From contig MU271202.1 in the NCBI GenBank assembly GCA_021432655.1, positions 106,602-170,601 of the forward strand: 64,000 nucleotides of DNA, read 5' to 3'. A model generated the notes under the pieces. The model saw only the letters and a list, made by a program, of their open reading frames with translations. It had not been told where the DNA came from and did not search any database. The translations under genes and the position numbers were made by a program. The DNA is from Atractiella rhizophila (Eukaryota). Shown one piece after another: positions 49,806 through 64,000 of the stretch; within the stretch, counting starts at the first letter, position 1, and every line of letters begins with the position of its first letter.

Positions 49806-50756
49806 GGGTCACGTTAGATTCTGTTGTTTGTAGAGCCGTGCGTGAGTTGTCTATACACGAGAATCGGGAATGTTGAAGCGGCTTGAACTTTGCTGTTGAT
49901 TTATAGGCTGCTCCTGTTATTGCTACGGTCATCAATTTTCTCACTTTCAGAGAATGTGTTTACTATGCAGAGGTTCGACCCTTCCCCCTGTAAATAAGCA
50001 GACCGCCCCTTTAGCACCTTGTGCTAGAAACTTATCAAAACGCTAATCAAAAGCAGCAATTGATAGCAGCGCTATGAGGTATTTAGGACAGGGGAAGCTA
50101 CCCAACTTTAGCCGGAAGAGTAGCCGGATGTGGAGAAGGTCAATTCTACTTCGTTCAAGGCAGATCCTTTCATTGTAAAACTACACGAGAGGCTTACTTT
50201 ATGTTGCTCAGAATCATGACATCCGCCAATTTGAGATGTTATGCCTAGTCGCTTTGCAAATGAGAACAAACGACATAACTTGAGCAGTGAGTACTGAAAT
50301 GGGTGGTTGTAGTGCACAAGGGATAATTGCTTCGTGTACTCTCCCACGCATATGAAGCCCGGCAAGCATCAGCTAAGCTAGCGTGAAGCTCTGCTTTGCA
50401 GGCAGCTCAAGAGCTTACAGACAGGAAGTGGCTTCAAGGAAATCAGAACACTAACCTACTTTTCTCTTTTCCCAATTTGAATTGCTTGATCCTAGCTGTT
50501 TTTTAGCTGTTTTCTGACTTCTAACTAGGCGAATGGTGAGGGCGAAGGTGCTTAATTTGAGCGTTCAACTGACGACAGCACTGGGTAGTACGTTGTAAGT
50601 TTAAGATGACGGGGAGCAGGGAAGGGAAGAACTTTAGTCACCGAGACCAAATCATTGATTGCAGAATTTACTTCTCGATAAAAATTTGCACATGAAGCCA
50701 GTAGCCATTTCTTGCCTCCTTTCACTTGTCGCGCTTGTCTCAACATTATTTCACCA

Positions 50757-51856
50757 TCACTCCAGAGTAAGAGGAGATTCCTCCCATTCGTGCTGGCCGA
50801 CCTTGTCTCTTCTTAACTGCTTGTAAAAGCCTTCAAAAGTTTCGCGATTCAACCTCTTCTCCACCACTTTCGGCATCTTCGTGGAAAAACCAACCCGATC
50901 CGCGATGTCCTCGCAGAACTTCCAAGCTGCCTGTTCGCCCATACTCTCATCGGGACACATCAAGAGAAGAAAGAGGAAAGAAATCGAACCTCAAATTGGT
51001 AAATGTTAAGAGACTTCTTGTCCGCTCTCGCTACGACCACATTCCCGATATTCCCCTTCCAAATTTTAGGAGCATCACCCGTCTCCTTCTCGATCGTCAG
51101 CCACCTGATTGGTTTATTCCGTAATCCTTGATCATTCTCGTCACCTACTTTGACAGCTTCCTCCCTTCTTATGACGAGAGGAAAGCCGATAGCCACAGAG
51201 AGAGGCAACGGGTCATTGTTAAAGATGGAATCTTGACTCGACACACTCATTGATTGCCAGTCCTCTCCGGCCTTGTTCCATTCAGGGAGTATTCGTTTCG
51301 AATCGCAGAAGGAACGAATACAGGTGACATTGTAGGAAGACGAGTCGGAGGCAAATGTTCGAGAGAGAAAACCCGGCGCCATGTGCCTTCAGAGTTAATC
51401 ATCATCAAAAACGATGCTGCTGAGAAATAAAGTACATACTTCGAGGAATCGGAACCTGCATTACCTGTTGCAGGACTAATGGTATCGTTCGTTGAGGCAG
51501 TCGCTGTAGGAGCTGGAGCAGGAGCTGCAGGCTTGCATTCCGCTTTATGTGTGGGCCAGGCCTTTGTTTGTCAACGTTCAAACGACACACAAAGTCATTT
51601 CTCTGTTCTGGTAGACGGATTCGAAGGATAAGCCTACAGTTTTCTGATGCTCACCAGAGCAGTCTATATCCCGCCAGATAAGAAACCGTACGTTTGTTTA
51701 GGAGAATACACACTTACAGAAGGCTGTCTTACAGCGAGAGCACCTCAACGACCCTGTGCGATCACAAGAAGGGAGGTTGCACTGTCCTGAGCCCAGACTT
51801 ATTGATCAGATGGAGTTCCTTATCAGAACAAAGTCGATATACCCACCTGAGGACAT
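50757..51856 (-). CDS. MYND zinc-finger protein with an uncharacterised C-terminal domain
   Basis: Small exons splice to MSSGQCNLPSCDRTGSLRCSRCKTAFYCSGEHQKTAWPTHKAECK, which continues into the 50960-51382 and 50757-50963 ORFs (APKIWKGNIGNVVVARADKKSL). Confidence 0.82.
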
Positions 51857-52163
51857 ATCAACTTATGCAGTTGGCGTTAGAATGATAGGACGCAGAGAAA
51901 GACGTTGGACGTTCGTTCTTCGCAGTTTCGAGAAGATCAGTGAGTCATCATCATAGTACGTCGCATTTCTTCCTTAGAAACATCAGATGATCCAAGCTCT
52001 GTGTTTTGTGTTTGTTTGAAAAGTAGCTTGAAGATAGATCTATCAAAAACAATAATCATTGGAATCTCAGTTGAATTGCTGATGGTTTGTTAGTGTTTTG
52101 GTTATTGGTACAAACAGATCCTCTTCGATCCCTTCCCGTCTTCATGTGTTTAAGTTGTATATC

Positions 52164-54303
52164 TCACTCTTCAGGGTCCGGGGTCGGGCTACAAGGCAGG
52201 TAAATAGTCTGCGATAAAGAATTATGAGCGACGGCCGTCCTATAACGGTCAAATGGGATACAGTACCTTGATTTCAGTGTAGTGATCGAGTGCCATTGTT
52301 CCGTTTTCTCTTCCGATTCCGCTCTGCTTCACGCCGCCGAAGGGAACGTCCACTCCGACAATATTGGCTACGTTGACTCCCACTTGTCCAGTTTCAAGTG
52401 CCTGTGCCACCCTTAAAGCGCGGGAGATGTCCTACGTCTAGGTATCAGTCAATTACTAACGACTTAGAGAAAGTTTGGGACCCTCGTGTAAACCGAGCTG
52501 GAAAGGCCGTATTCAGTATCGTTCGCTCTTTTGAGAACCTCTGCTTCGGTCTTAAAGGTGTGAATGATACTGACGGGCCCAAATATTTCTTCCGAGTTGA
52601 TGGTCGCGCTGTCTGACACTCCAACTGTCTCGATAAGAGGTTCTTGAGTACCTCTTGAGTGAAAGCTTAAAAGAGGGACTGACGGAAGACAGTTGGTTCG
52701 ATGAAGTAGCCTTTCCCTTCCTTTCTATTCCCGCCACAAGCCAATTTACCTTCTCCTCTGCCCACTTCGATATACTTCATAACCCTATCAAACTGGAGTT
52801 TGTCAACTAGAGGTCCCTGTGTCGTGTTAGAATCCAAAGGATCTCCATGCTTCACTAAGGACTTGTAATGATCCACATATAGCTTCGTGAACTCTTGAGA
52901 AACACTCTCGTGAACATAGACCCTATCAGTTTAATCTTTAATGTCGTAACACATGGATGTCCAGAAATACCTAGTATTCGCTGAGCATATTTGTCCCGAA
53001 TTTCGTGCCATAGAGCCGGCACATGCTTTGGCTGCAAGAGTAAGGTCTGCATCTTTGAACACAATGGAGGGTCCTAGATAGATAGCACGTTAATATGCTC
53101 TGGTCCTGGTCATCGGAAGTAAATCTGACCTTTTCCACCTAATTCCAACGTCACCCTTTTCATGTTTGACCGCGCGCTCATTTCTTGGATCAATCTGTTG
53201 ACCATTTGGCAACAGCAAGAAGTCAACAAAGTAGATGGCTGACCTCCCAGTGCGAGCAGAACCCGTAAAAGAAATCTTTCTAATTTTCATGTGTTCCGCG
53301 ATTGCTTTACCAGCTACAGGTCCAAATCCAGAAATGATCTAAAGAAGGCATTAGTTTCTCAACCTAGCACACGATGCGAGTTCTGCAGACATTAACGACT
53401 CCTTTGGGAATGCCAGCTTCGTTACATAGCCTCCCAAGTTCCAGACAAGCGAGTGGACTTTTTTCGCTGCTCTTGATCACTGTGCACTTGATGAGTATCA
53501 AATTCCTCCAAACCGATCGGACGCACCAATTGTGTTCCCAGCACCCAAAGCTGGACCGAGCTGAGACGACATTGAGAATTTGGGTCGATTGTCCTAGCTG
53601 GCTCCAACGCACCTTCCATACTGCCAGGAGGAGAGATACATTCCTAATGTTGATGTCAGAAAATTACCTTCAAAACAGTAGGACACTAACCAGGGGATGA
53701 TAGCGGCGGTAACCCCAAAAGGTTGCCGAATGGTTAATTCAACGAAGCCCTCCATCCCTTCATGGGAGGATTGCCCGAGATGGACCATAGTCAACGCTGC
53801 AAAGTGCTGCAAACAGGCGTACACTCTCTATTCATAGAGTCAATTGTTGTTAACCTTCGTGAGGAAAAGCTCACTGTCATTTGTAGCCTAAAATATGAAA
53901 TAGGAACACCCATGCTCTTGCTCTCCAGCTCTCCCAGCTTGTCAGTGTCCCTCTTCATGAGCTCTGCTAATTGCCTCAAACATCGCGCTCTTTCCATTGG
54001 CGGAGTCTAACAGCTCGATAACGGATCTGTGAAGAAATGATTTCGGTTTCTACGTACCTTGCTCCAAGAAGGAAACGCAGCTTCAGCGGCGTCGACAGCT
54101 GCATTCACATCTTCGAGTTGTGCCTCCTGCACGTCTGCCAGCTTTTCTTCGGTCGCTGGGTTGAAGATGGTAAACGTTTTCCCTGATTTTGATGGGACAT
54201 ATTGGCCGTTAACTGTTACAAGGATGTTAATGCTGTAACTGGGCATCCTACATCCCATAAAAGACGCACTGAAATGATTAACCTCGATCGTAGGTTTCGA
54301 CAT
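52164..54303 (-). CDS. Aldehyde dehydrogenase
   Basis: [41 protein letters not shown] (catalytic Cys), EEIFGP and [13 protein letters not shown]. Confidence 0.94.
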
Positions 54304-54720
54304 GTTGCAGCGATATTGTAAGAATTTGGCAGGCTACAATTTGATTGATTTTATGATCTCAAAGACCGCTCAACTTGAACTTGGATAGGTATGTGGTAAC
54401 CGCGCACAGGAAGAGAGAACTGGGAAGAAAGAGCAAGGTGATTGGACGGTGATGTTGATCACAAATGATGAAGTTATAAGGGTGGGGATTGCGGGAGCGG
54501 CACAAACGGCAGTAACCGAGCTCTAAGCTCTTTCTGTTTGTGAAGGTCAACGTTCAACGTTTCAATGTTCACCCACTTCGTTCGGTGCCTCTAAGGGTAT
54601 AAGATCTTCAAGCAAGCCTCGTGGGTACTTAAATGACGAGCTCTAATAGTCGACGAAGGAAGCACAACAATCTTGACAGTGAAATATTGATTCGGCCCAC
54701 TTTCACGTCCTTTTGTGACT

Positions 54721-56176
<1,456 letters not shown>

Positions 56177-56643
56177 TTTGTAAAGAAGAGTATCGAACCT
56201 ATACGTAAGTCAGCTATAGCACGCTTTATTGGGAAAAAAACTCGCAAAGAAAAATGCTGAGTCGTTCAAAATTTGGCGGGTAAACCCGGCACGTGAGCGG
56301 AGCCGACGAGAGGAGTTATGAAAACGATTGGTTTAACGTTATCAGTTACAGGGAACTATTATCGACATTACAAAGAGGATAGCAGTGAATTACTGTTAAA
56401 GACCTATGGCTAAATGAAACAAAACACTTCGGCTTGCCAATGCACACATTTAACAGATGAAATATACACTTCATTTAACGAAACAGTTGCGGGAGAATGC
56501 CAGAACGGCTGGTAGGTATCACAAAACGAGGATATTTACAGAAAATTGACACAGAATCGGCAGATATGATGCTCTGTCCCAGCGTCGTTAGTGTTGTGCG
56601 TATCGAGGAAAGCGACTAGCGTACCTTCCACAAGTCATCGCTC

Positions 56644-57158
56644 TTAACCATAATACATTCCTTTCATATGCTGCGACAAAGACTTCCTTCTCTTCCCATC
56701 CGATGCTGCAGAGTCTTCACTCTTCCTGGGCCTTCGAACACAAACCATGAGTTAACACTTGAAGCCATAATGACATGAATGGACATACAAGATTCCGAAG
56801 ACTTTATCCTTGTTGTTCTTATAGTCGTCTGAACCCTTGATCTCGTCCATCTTCTGCTGGAACGATTTGGATGAACCTGAAGACGATTTGTCCTGCTTGC
56901 GTGGCCTATTTTTCCCAAATAAGGAGAAGCTCCGGCTAGAGATAAAGCCACCAAGGATAGACTTACACAGCGGCCTTGACTTTATCCTTAAAGGTAGACG
57001 ACGTGGATGCAGGCTCCTTCTTCTTGTTAGGACTATATACGAGATAATTGTCAAAATGCAGAAAATGATAAGGGATGGTCTTACAGCGATGACATGACCT
57101 TGTTCTTATAAACACCCATCTTCTCCTGCCAAGTATCTTTCCTTGCTGAAGTACTCAT
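56644..57158 (-). CDS. Small hydrophilic Lys/Ser-rich repeat protein (dehydrin/LEA-like)
   Basis: Exons 57085-57158, 56967-57032, 56789-56905 and 56644-56731 join by canonical GT-AG introns (52, 61, 57 nt) into one frame with three K(N/D)KV-x-x-x-(L/V)-P repeats. Confidence 0.72.
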
Positions 57159-57593
57159 CTGTTTGATTTCTTCCTGTTGCTGGTGTTGTTTAATTTACGA
57201 TTTGTTCTGGAAGTAGGGAAGGGAGATTGATCCCTCTCTTTTAAAGGCTGACAATGAGGCAACGATGACGTAACTTCGAGGCACAAATCCGGCGAAGAGG
57301 GCGAGCAAATTCCAACAAAGTTTCGACGAAGTTCGCGAACAGTAGATACGCCTAGGCAAGGGTGCAGGAGCAGGAAGAGGGAGGTTTGTAAGAAGGAAAC
57401 ATTCCTTCACGGCTCAGCAATTTGTCATTAACTTACGGTAGGATTCAAGCATTTCGGTGGGCTGTAAAGTAGGCTCATGCTCGCCTCTCACATAATGTGG
57501 ACCTCTGATGGTGAGACAAAGTGCATGATGAGTTATGTCATCATGAGATAATGAGGAGAATCCGCAATAATGACAGCTTCGACTTGCCATATT

Positions 57594-57605
57594 GATCACG
57601 TGATC
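57594..57605. promoter_or_regulatory. Palindromic E-box GATCACGTGATC (candidate bHLH/Cbf1-type site) in a divergent promoter
   Basis: Perfect 12-bp palindrome between two divergent genes. TCACGTG also occurs in other upstream regions (1595, 10115, 56290 on the reverse strand, 63568). Confidence 0.4.
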
Positions 57606-58028
57606 CCAGTGGAAGGTGTCAATGCAGTATTGCAACTTCACTGACAGCATCAGATGCCTTCAAAAGTACAAGGTAAGTAGGCGATAAGTTCATCCGACAA
57701 CTCCAAGGTGGAGGAATTCATCGGTTTATGCTTGTGATTCCTAGTTTTGCATCCTTGCGCAACCAATCTCAGAGGCTGGGAACACGCACCCGCAAGCTTC
57801 ATTAATAAGTCATTAAACAGTCCCTCAGTCACCCTTCTGATTTCTCTACCCGACGACAAAAGGCAACTTCGTTGTTTTTGGATGGACTTGTTCAACTTCG
57901 TTCGTCAAACTTTAAAATTTCTTCACCTGCTTAATTTCGAACCAAGATCTCCTCCACCTCCTGCACTTCGGCAGCTCCTGCTCCCTCATCTTCCCCATAA
58001 CCCAGCTCCCACTCTTACGCACAAAATT

Positions 58029-61000
58029 ATGACACGACCAGCTCAGTCGCGCTCGTCAAGCGCGCATTCTGTTAAGTCAAACGGTGGACGCCGTTCAGCG
58101 ATGGGGATGCGCGTCGATGATGAGCGACAACTCGACTTTTGTAATGCCTTTTGGAACCCAGGGGGGGTGGAGAATCTGTTGGATAGGATGAAGGGCGGGG
58201 GGAAAGTACTTAATGAACTGGGAAAGTGGTTTGATGAACGGTAGGTCCAGTCCCACAACTTGTTATGGGCGGCTCGGTCGCATGATAATGAAGCGGGAGC
58301 TTTGTGGCACCACTCTGCTGCATAGAATATCTCTTCGATTGCTCCCAATAGCTAGTTTACCTTTTTTCTGCGCGTCAAGCGGTTTGTCTTAGCCTTGTTT
58401 CATGGTCACCGCCGTCCATTAGTGCTGGAGGTGCGCGACTTGTACTGTTCGCATGAGCGCGTCTTTCGCTTCCACTCTGGTGTCTTGCATACTGTTCCTC
58501 ATTTCTGCTTATCATACGACTGGCTCGAAATATTTGCGAATCACCAATCGTAAATGTCTCCGCGGCAGTTTGCAGAATCTGGCATGCAAAATCACGCGCC
58601 CAGACCTTCATTGCATCATGAACATCTATGTCGGCTTTTTATTGTCCAAGAGTGTCTACCTCATTCACTTCCAACGCTGATAACATGTCACCGTCAGCGC
58701 CTCGATAGAGGAAGATTATGCCAAACGCCTACACAAACTTTCAAAGAACACTCTGGGTTCGCACGAGATCGGAACGCTCAAAAGCGCATTTGATCACGTC
58801 CGCACCGAACTTGCACATTATGCTCAGTCCCATCTCGAGCTCGCGAAAATCATCAAGACACAACTCGAAGGTGGAGTAAAGGGTTTTGCGAACCGGAGAG
58901 AAGAGGTGAAGAAGGCGCCGCAGCAGGGAATAGAGAAGAGTTACAAGCTGAAAAGGACACAGGAAGATCTGGCTTTCAAAGTGGGTTTCAAGGTTCTTGC
59001 TATGTTTAAGCGCTCATGTGATCGTATGTGAAAAGGCTAGAAAGAAGTTTGAGGACGATTGTATTACGATTAACGGATTGACGGCCCAGACGAGTTTGAT
59101 TCAAGGAAGGGACCTGGATAAGGTGGGAGCTAAATTGGATAAAGTCAATCAGACGGTGCAGGTCAATGGTTAGTTCGCGTTCCTGCTCAGAAGTTGGATT
59201 GACACGTTAGAACAGAGAAGGAATATTCGACCCATATCAGCGCGCTTAAAGACTCAACTTTCAAGTGGAATATGGATTGGAAGAGTTTCTGCGACGTGGG
59301 TCATCTCCTCTCGAGCAGATTAGCTGACGCTGAGGGGGATTCTGCAGTTGTGTCAGGATTTGGAGGAGGAACGAGTGGACTTCGTGAAGGTCGTCTTATG
59401 GGATTACGCGAATGCGATTTCTACCGTCTGCATAGCGGACGATGAGGTACGTTATGGCATTTCTCCCTAGGTTCAGACTGATAATGAATGGAAAAGTCTT
59501 GTGAACGTGTACGGGTTGCCCTTGAAAATTGCGATACGGCACGAGACATTCGCCACTTCGTCCGACAACACGGGACAGGAAATGCGATTGATGGTTCTTT
59601 TCCGATTACATCTCACCTTCTGCACTGACTTCTTATATCAGATCCACCACCATACATCAACTTTGCGAAAGGCGAAACAGTTCCCCTTAAGCCCACCTTC
59701 TCGCTGGCAAACTTCTCCCGCTCCTCTACGCACACAAAGGTGCAAACATCACTTACAGCAGTCCAAGACCTAGTAGCCGCCATCCGTTCCCGACCAAACA
59801 CCCCCGCTCCCCCTCCCCCAGAACAACCTACCGCTCCAATACCTCCCTCTTCTCCTGCTCCCCAACCATCGAAACCAGCTCAACCATACCCCATAAACAC
59901 AGCACCGGTTCCCATCCAGCCGCCACTGGAAGAAAGAAACGATATGTTCGATGACCTGCAAACACCTGTTGCGAACCCGAATCCGAGCCCGCCAGAGTTG
60001 GATAGAGGACGAAGCGATAGTGTGGTTTCTCGTGGAGCAACAATAGCGACTAAAGCGACCGTTGGCACGGGAACGCCCAACAAGGCGAATACGCCAATGG
60101 AAGCTATCCAAGCCGCTGTTGAGAGGGGCACCCCACAAGCTCAGCCTCAGCCTCAGATTCCGAAGGTTATACCTGCAGCTGCACCTCCGATGGGGAATCA
60201 TAGGAGCCAGGAAAGTGTCGCCTCTGTTATCTCCGTTGCAAGTAACGCCAGTCGACCGGACCGTGCAGCTTCTCCCACGCCTTCGATTGTCAGCATGACC
60301 AGTGGAGTTGGAAGGTCGGGAAGCAAGAGGTATACTGTCGCGAGAGCTTCGGCGAGCGATATCAGACAAGCAGTAGGTGCTGCTACAGCCGGAAAATTGG
60401 AAGAGAAACCAGAAGAGGATGCTTTGGAGCAAGCACTGAAGAAATTGAAGGATGAAGCAGGAGTGAAACCACCACCCGGCGCCGTCGCACTCCCAGGAAT
60501 GGCGGTCAGGACTTACAAGGGACCAGGAGGCGCAAAGACGAATGGAGTCGAGAGAGCCTCGTCGCCTTCGAAGCAACCTCAAATGGCGGGTCAACATGGG
60601 CATCCACACGCTTCCACATCCTCCTTCTCTGGTCCGTCGCCTACCCCTCCTCTGATTCCGAACCAGAACGGAAACGGAAACTACCAATCGTCCCCCGCTC
60701 CCGCCGTTCCTTATCAAGCCCATCCATCGCAGCAGCCTCAACCTCCGCGTGCTCCATCTCCCATCGGCATCTCACTTGACGCCCACGGCCAAGTGAGAAC
60801 AGACTCATATCCTACCTTGTCGCAACAACCACAACTCTCTCAACCCCCGCCGCAATCCTATCCCTTCCGTCCTCAGAGCCAAGCCAACTACCTCCCTCAA
60901 ATGCCTAGCTATCCTCAGTTCCCGAACCCCTCAACACCAACCAATGGCTACACTTCGTCGAACATGTACAATCAACAGCCTCAGTACGGACAACCCCAGC

Positions 61001-61365
61001 ATTATGGTCAGCCAACGTATCAGCAACCGCAGTATCAGCCATACGCAATGCAGCAACAGCAGGCGCCAAGTCCAACACCAGCTCCTCAACGCCATCCGCC
61101 TACAGGGAATTATACTGATGATGGACGTCCAATTATGTTCTATGTGAAAGCATCTTACGACTTTACGGGAGAAGAATCAACGGACTTGAAATTTTCGACT
61201 GGGGACATATTGGCGGTTGTGAAGACATTAGAGGATGGTTGGTGGGAAGGTATGACTTTGATTTCTACTCCCTCATCATCTGCTGAATGAATGCTTGCAG
61301 GTCAAAAGGTTGGAGTAGAAGGAACTGGAATGTTTCCATCCAATTTCGTCGCTCTCCTGGAGTAA
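58029..61365 (+). CDS. F-BAR + SH3 cytokinesis protein (Hof1/Cdc15/Imp2-like)
   Basis: DFCNAFWN.GGVENLLDRMK, ERASIEEDYAKRL, CQDLEEERVDFVK..LWDYANAISTVC and PPPYINF; Pro/Gln-rich linker; SH3 YVKASYDF...DGWWEG...GMFPSNFV. Confidence 0.9.
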
Positions 61366-61599
61366 AGTTTACCATATCCTTCGTTTACGATACCCGTACC
61401 CATGGATAGCTCGTTCACGTTTATGTTCCCTTGTCCTTGCTTCGTGAGTTCATGCTGACTTCTTGTATGCTTTACTTTTACCTAAACTTCATGCGTGTGC
61501 ATTGCCTGTTACTGACTACCTTACAATGACAAATAATGCTTTGTTTTCTGGTGTGTGAGCTATCCGAGTGTCTATCCTCCAGTTACAAAGTTGGGAACT

Positions 61600-63549
61600 T
61601 CAACGATTCCCACATTCAACCTTAAGAATCGTCACCCCACTCTTCCCCCATCCCCAATCCCACATTTGATCAATTCTATCCATATCGACATGCACGCTTC
61701 TCAGCCCCAAACCATCCATTCCATCCTTCCACCCTTCCCCCTGTATCCGTGGCGGCCAAGCATCAACCTGCGCTAAGACGTATTCTGGAGCGACCAAGAG
61801 CGTCTGTTGCCCTTGCTGTCCATCTTGAGGCTGTGATAGAGGACAAAGAGTGGCGAATAGCTCTGTCTGTCCAGCACCAGCGAGGTCGGTCACACGGATG
61901 GATGAGCGGTCGTTCGAATGGGAAGAGGGAGGGAGAGTAGGGATCAGGAGGTGGCGTGGGGGCATGAATGTTTTCCAGAACACAACGTGAGTCCTTACCC
62001 CACTCACTCCGGAGCCATCGTGTCCCTGTCCCAGTGCTCGCGCTCGCAAGTGGTCGTTGATTCTGAACATGGCTGGTAATAAACCTCCTTGATGTGTGAC
62101 CCCGAAGAGCGCGAGGACCGCCGCGAAGTGGAGGACGTGAACCACCTTCCCAGAGTGTCATTTCACATAGATCAAAATGAAGAAACTTGAGAGAACGAAC
62201 CCAGTAAGCTGTTTTGGCGCGTCCTCGATAAGACCTCAACTCGTCCCCTACCCATAATGCACCAGGAACGAGGAGCGGGATCAGGAAGCGAGGCTCCTGG
62301 TGTTTGCCATATGAAAGCAACAACGTTCCACAAACTACGCTCCAGTGATACACTGGGTCCTCCAACCGTCACTTTTGCGCTGCTGTCAATGGAAGACTTA
62401 CCGCGAGTCATCCCCTCCCCTCCCCATGCAAAGATCAACATTTTGACAAGCATCACGGTCCACAGGACGCCAAAGAGGATGTGTCCGTTCACTAGAGCGT
62501 GTAACCAGCGCGGATGGAGGCCGTGTAGAGCTAAATTTGCTTCGTCCATATTATATTTGAGCAAGTTGAAAGGAGCAATGATCGCGAATGGGTTTGGACG
62601 CAATGTGCCAGTGAAGTAGTAGGTGTCTATAACGGAGAATGTGGCCGCAAAGAGGAAGTAGCTGAAGATGGCAGGGGTGATGAGTCGGAGGACATGCTTG
62701 GGACTGTAACCGGGAGAGACGTCGAGGATTCGAAATGCGATGGGAGCGTAAAAGGCGACAAAGGTCACCCTCGTCCATATGCCAAGCGCGACGACGGCTC
62801 CGAGGATGAAGAAGAGCGCGTTCCTCTTGCGCTTGGAGCAAGGGAAGCCCATACATTTGACGAGGAGAAAGGAGGCGGCAAGGAGAACGGTTTCGACGGT
62901 GTTGGAGAAAGAGCGGAGGAGGAAGGTGTAGGGGAGAGGGGACAGGAGGTAGAGCATCTTTTGGGTGCGTGAGGATGATAGCGAGAAGAATAGCGCATCT
63001 TTGCGGTTTTGAGTCAGTTGTGAGCTGTTTGGGATGGAGGACTGACCGAGGAGGAGTGAGAGGAGAAAGTAGAATAGCCGTTGGGCGAGGAATAAGGTGC
63101 GCGCTGAAGGTGCTGTAATTCCATAATCATCAATTTATTTATCTTGCAACAACGGAGCTAAGCGTTATTGGAAATCATTATTTGAGAGAGAAAATACCTA
63201 GCAAACGAGATGGGGATGTAAGACGCACCTTCATCCCAGATCCTCAGCAGCGCAAACGCCGACCCTGTCGTCAAAGCTACGGGGACAACACTTCTAACCG
63301 GTCTGTCATCCGTCCATTCCCACGTCCTGACAAGTTGCCCAGCATTCTCTCCTGGGGTATTCAACACAGTTAGGGAAGTAGAGCTGGCAATGGAGACTCA
63401 CCATAGTTGAAGATGTGGGCTGAGGATATTTCTGCAGACTGGAAATATTCGTCTGGGTGGATGTAGGCGGAGGAGAAAGGGGCAAAGGCGAAGACGGCGC
63501 GGAGGATTAGCAGGGGGAGATAGACTCGACGCGGGATTGGTTTTGGCAT
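61600..63549 (-). CDS. SMP3: GPI mannosyltransferase 4 (Smp3/PIG-Z)
   Basis: AYIHPDEYFQSAE, TWEW...PVRS, RSFSNTVET, RVTFVAF, NLLKYN...NLALHGLHPRWLH, HQEPRFLIPL, HQGGLLP, FWKTFMPPRHL and HVDMDRI. Confidence 0.9.
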
Positions 63550-64000
63550 TTGTTGTTTAAAATTTGATCACGTGATAATTCGGGAAGTAATTGCGTGAGC
63601 GGTTTCGTTTTGTGGAGTGAGAAAGGAGAGAGGATAAGAAAGGACAGGTTTATAGAAGCTAGGCCAGTTAGCGAGGTCACCGCTCGAGGGAGAGGGATTG
63701 CGGCATGACCATAGTTGAAAGTCTAAGTAATAGCCGATAATAGCCTTCCTCCATGATAGAGTTGGTTGGTCAAAAATACTATTGCAATGCGAGAGTGTCT
63801 ATTACACTCAGTTACTATCATTATGCTTGCGATTGCGTCTGCGACTGATGCCATTCTCTATCCAAAATGCCCTATGTCATCCACCATCGTCATTGAACAC
63901 CAGCGGCAAAGGGATTAGGAATACATACCATATAAACGTTATCCCACCACTTTCCTTCGCTCCACACAGCCTCTCTCCTCCTTCCCTCTTCCACAAATCC

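Noticed and set aside
49968..49990. GGTTCGACCC B-box/T-loop-like motif
   Set aside because: No acceptor stem, D-arm or anticodon arm can be built, so it is not a tRNA.
59770..60741. 323-aa minus-strand ORF and many similar antisense ORFs over TEL1, PRP31, VPS9 and SMP3
   Set aside because: These are antisense or alternative-frame shadows of real coding exons, with biased composition and no motifs.

Overview
This is a gene-dense, intron-rich eukaryotic window. Short introns (mostly about 45-65 nt, GT/GC-AG with CTRAC-type branch points) and the gene content point to a fungus, probably a basidiomycete (inference). I spliced gene models by hand, so exon boundaries are predictions. Recognisable genes: Aurora kinase (truncated by the window start), F-BAR/RhoGAP, CUE/Smr endonuclease, VPS9-domain GEF, Prp31, Erv1, Trm82, Tel1/ATM, alkaline phosphatase, membrane hybrid histidine kinase, tropomyosin, a Cys-less thioredoxin-fold protein, cytochrome b5-fused acyl-CoA dehydrogenase, a MYND-finger protein, aldehyde dehydrogenase, Lys12, F-BAR/SH3 (Hof1/Cdc15-like) and Smp3/PIG-Z. 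There are also two identical, inverted intron-containing tRNA-Pro(AGG) genes, several orphan genes and an F-box pseudogene. I found no transposon, CRISPR array or rRNA, and no clear novel multi-gene system. The best leads are four. (1) An exon-repeat, dehydrin-K-segment-like small protein. (2) An orphan ORF with a synonymously diverged duplicated peptide, LSMAAKQAR. (3) A PAM2-CUE-Smr nuclease whose long first intron carries nested splice sites. (4) A tail-anchored NLS protein lying head-to-head with Aurora.
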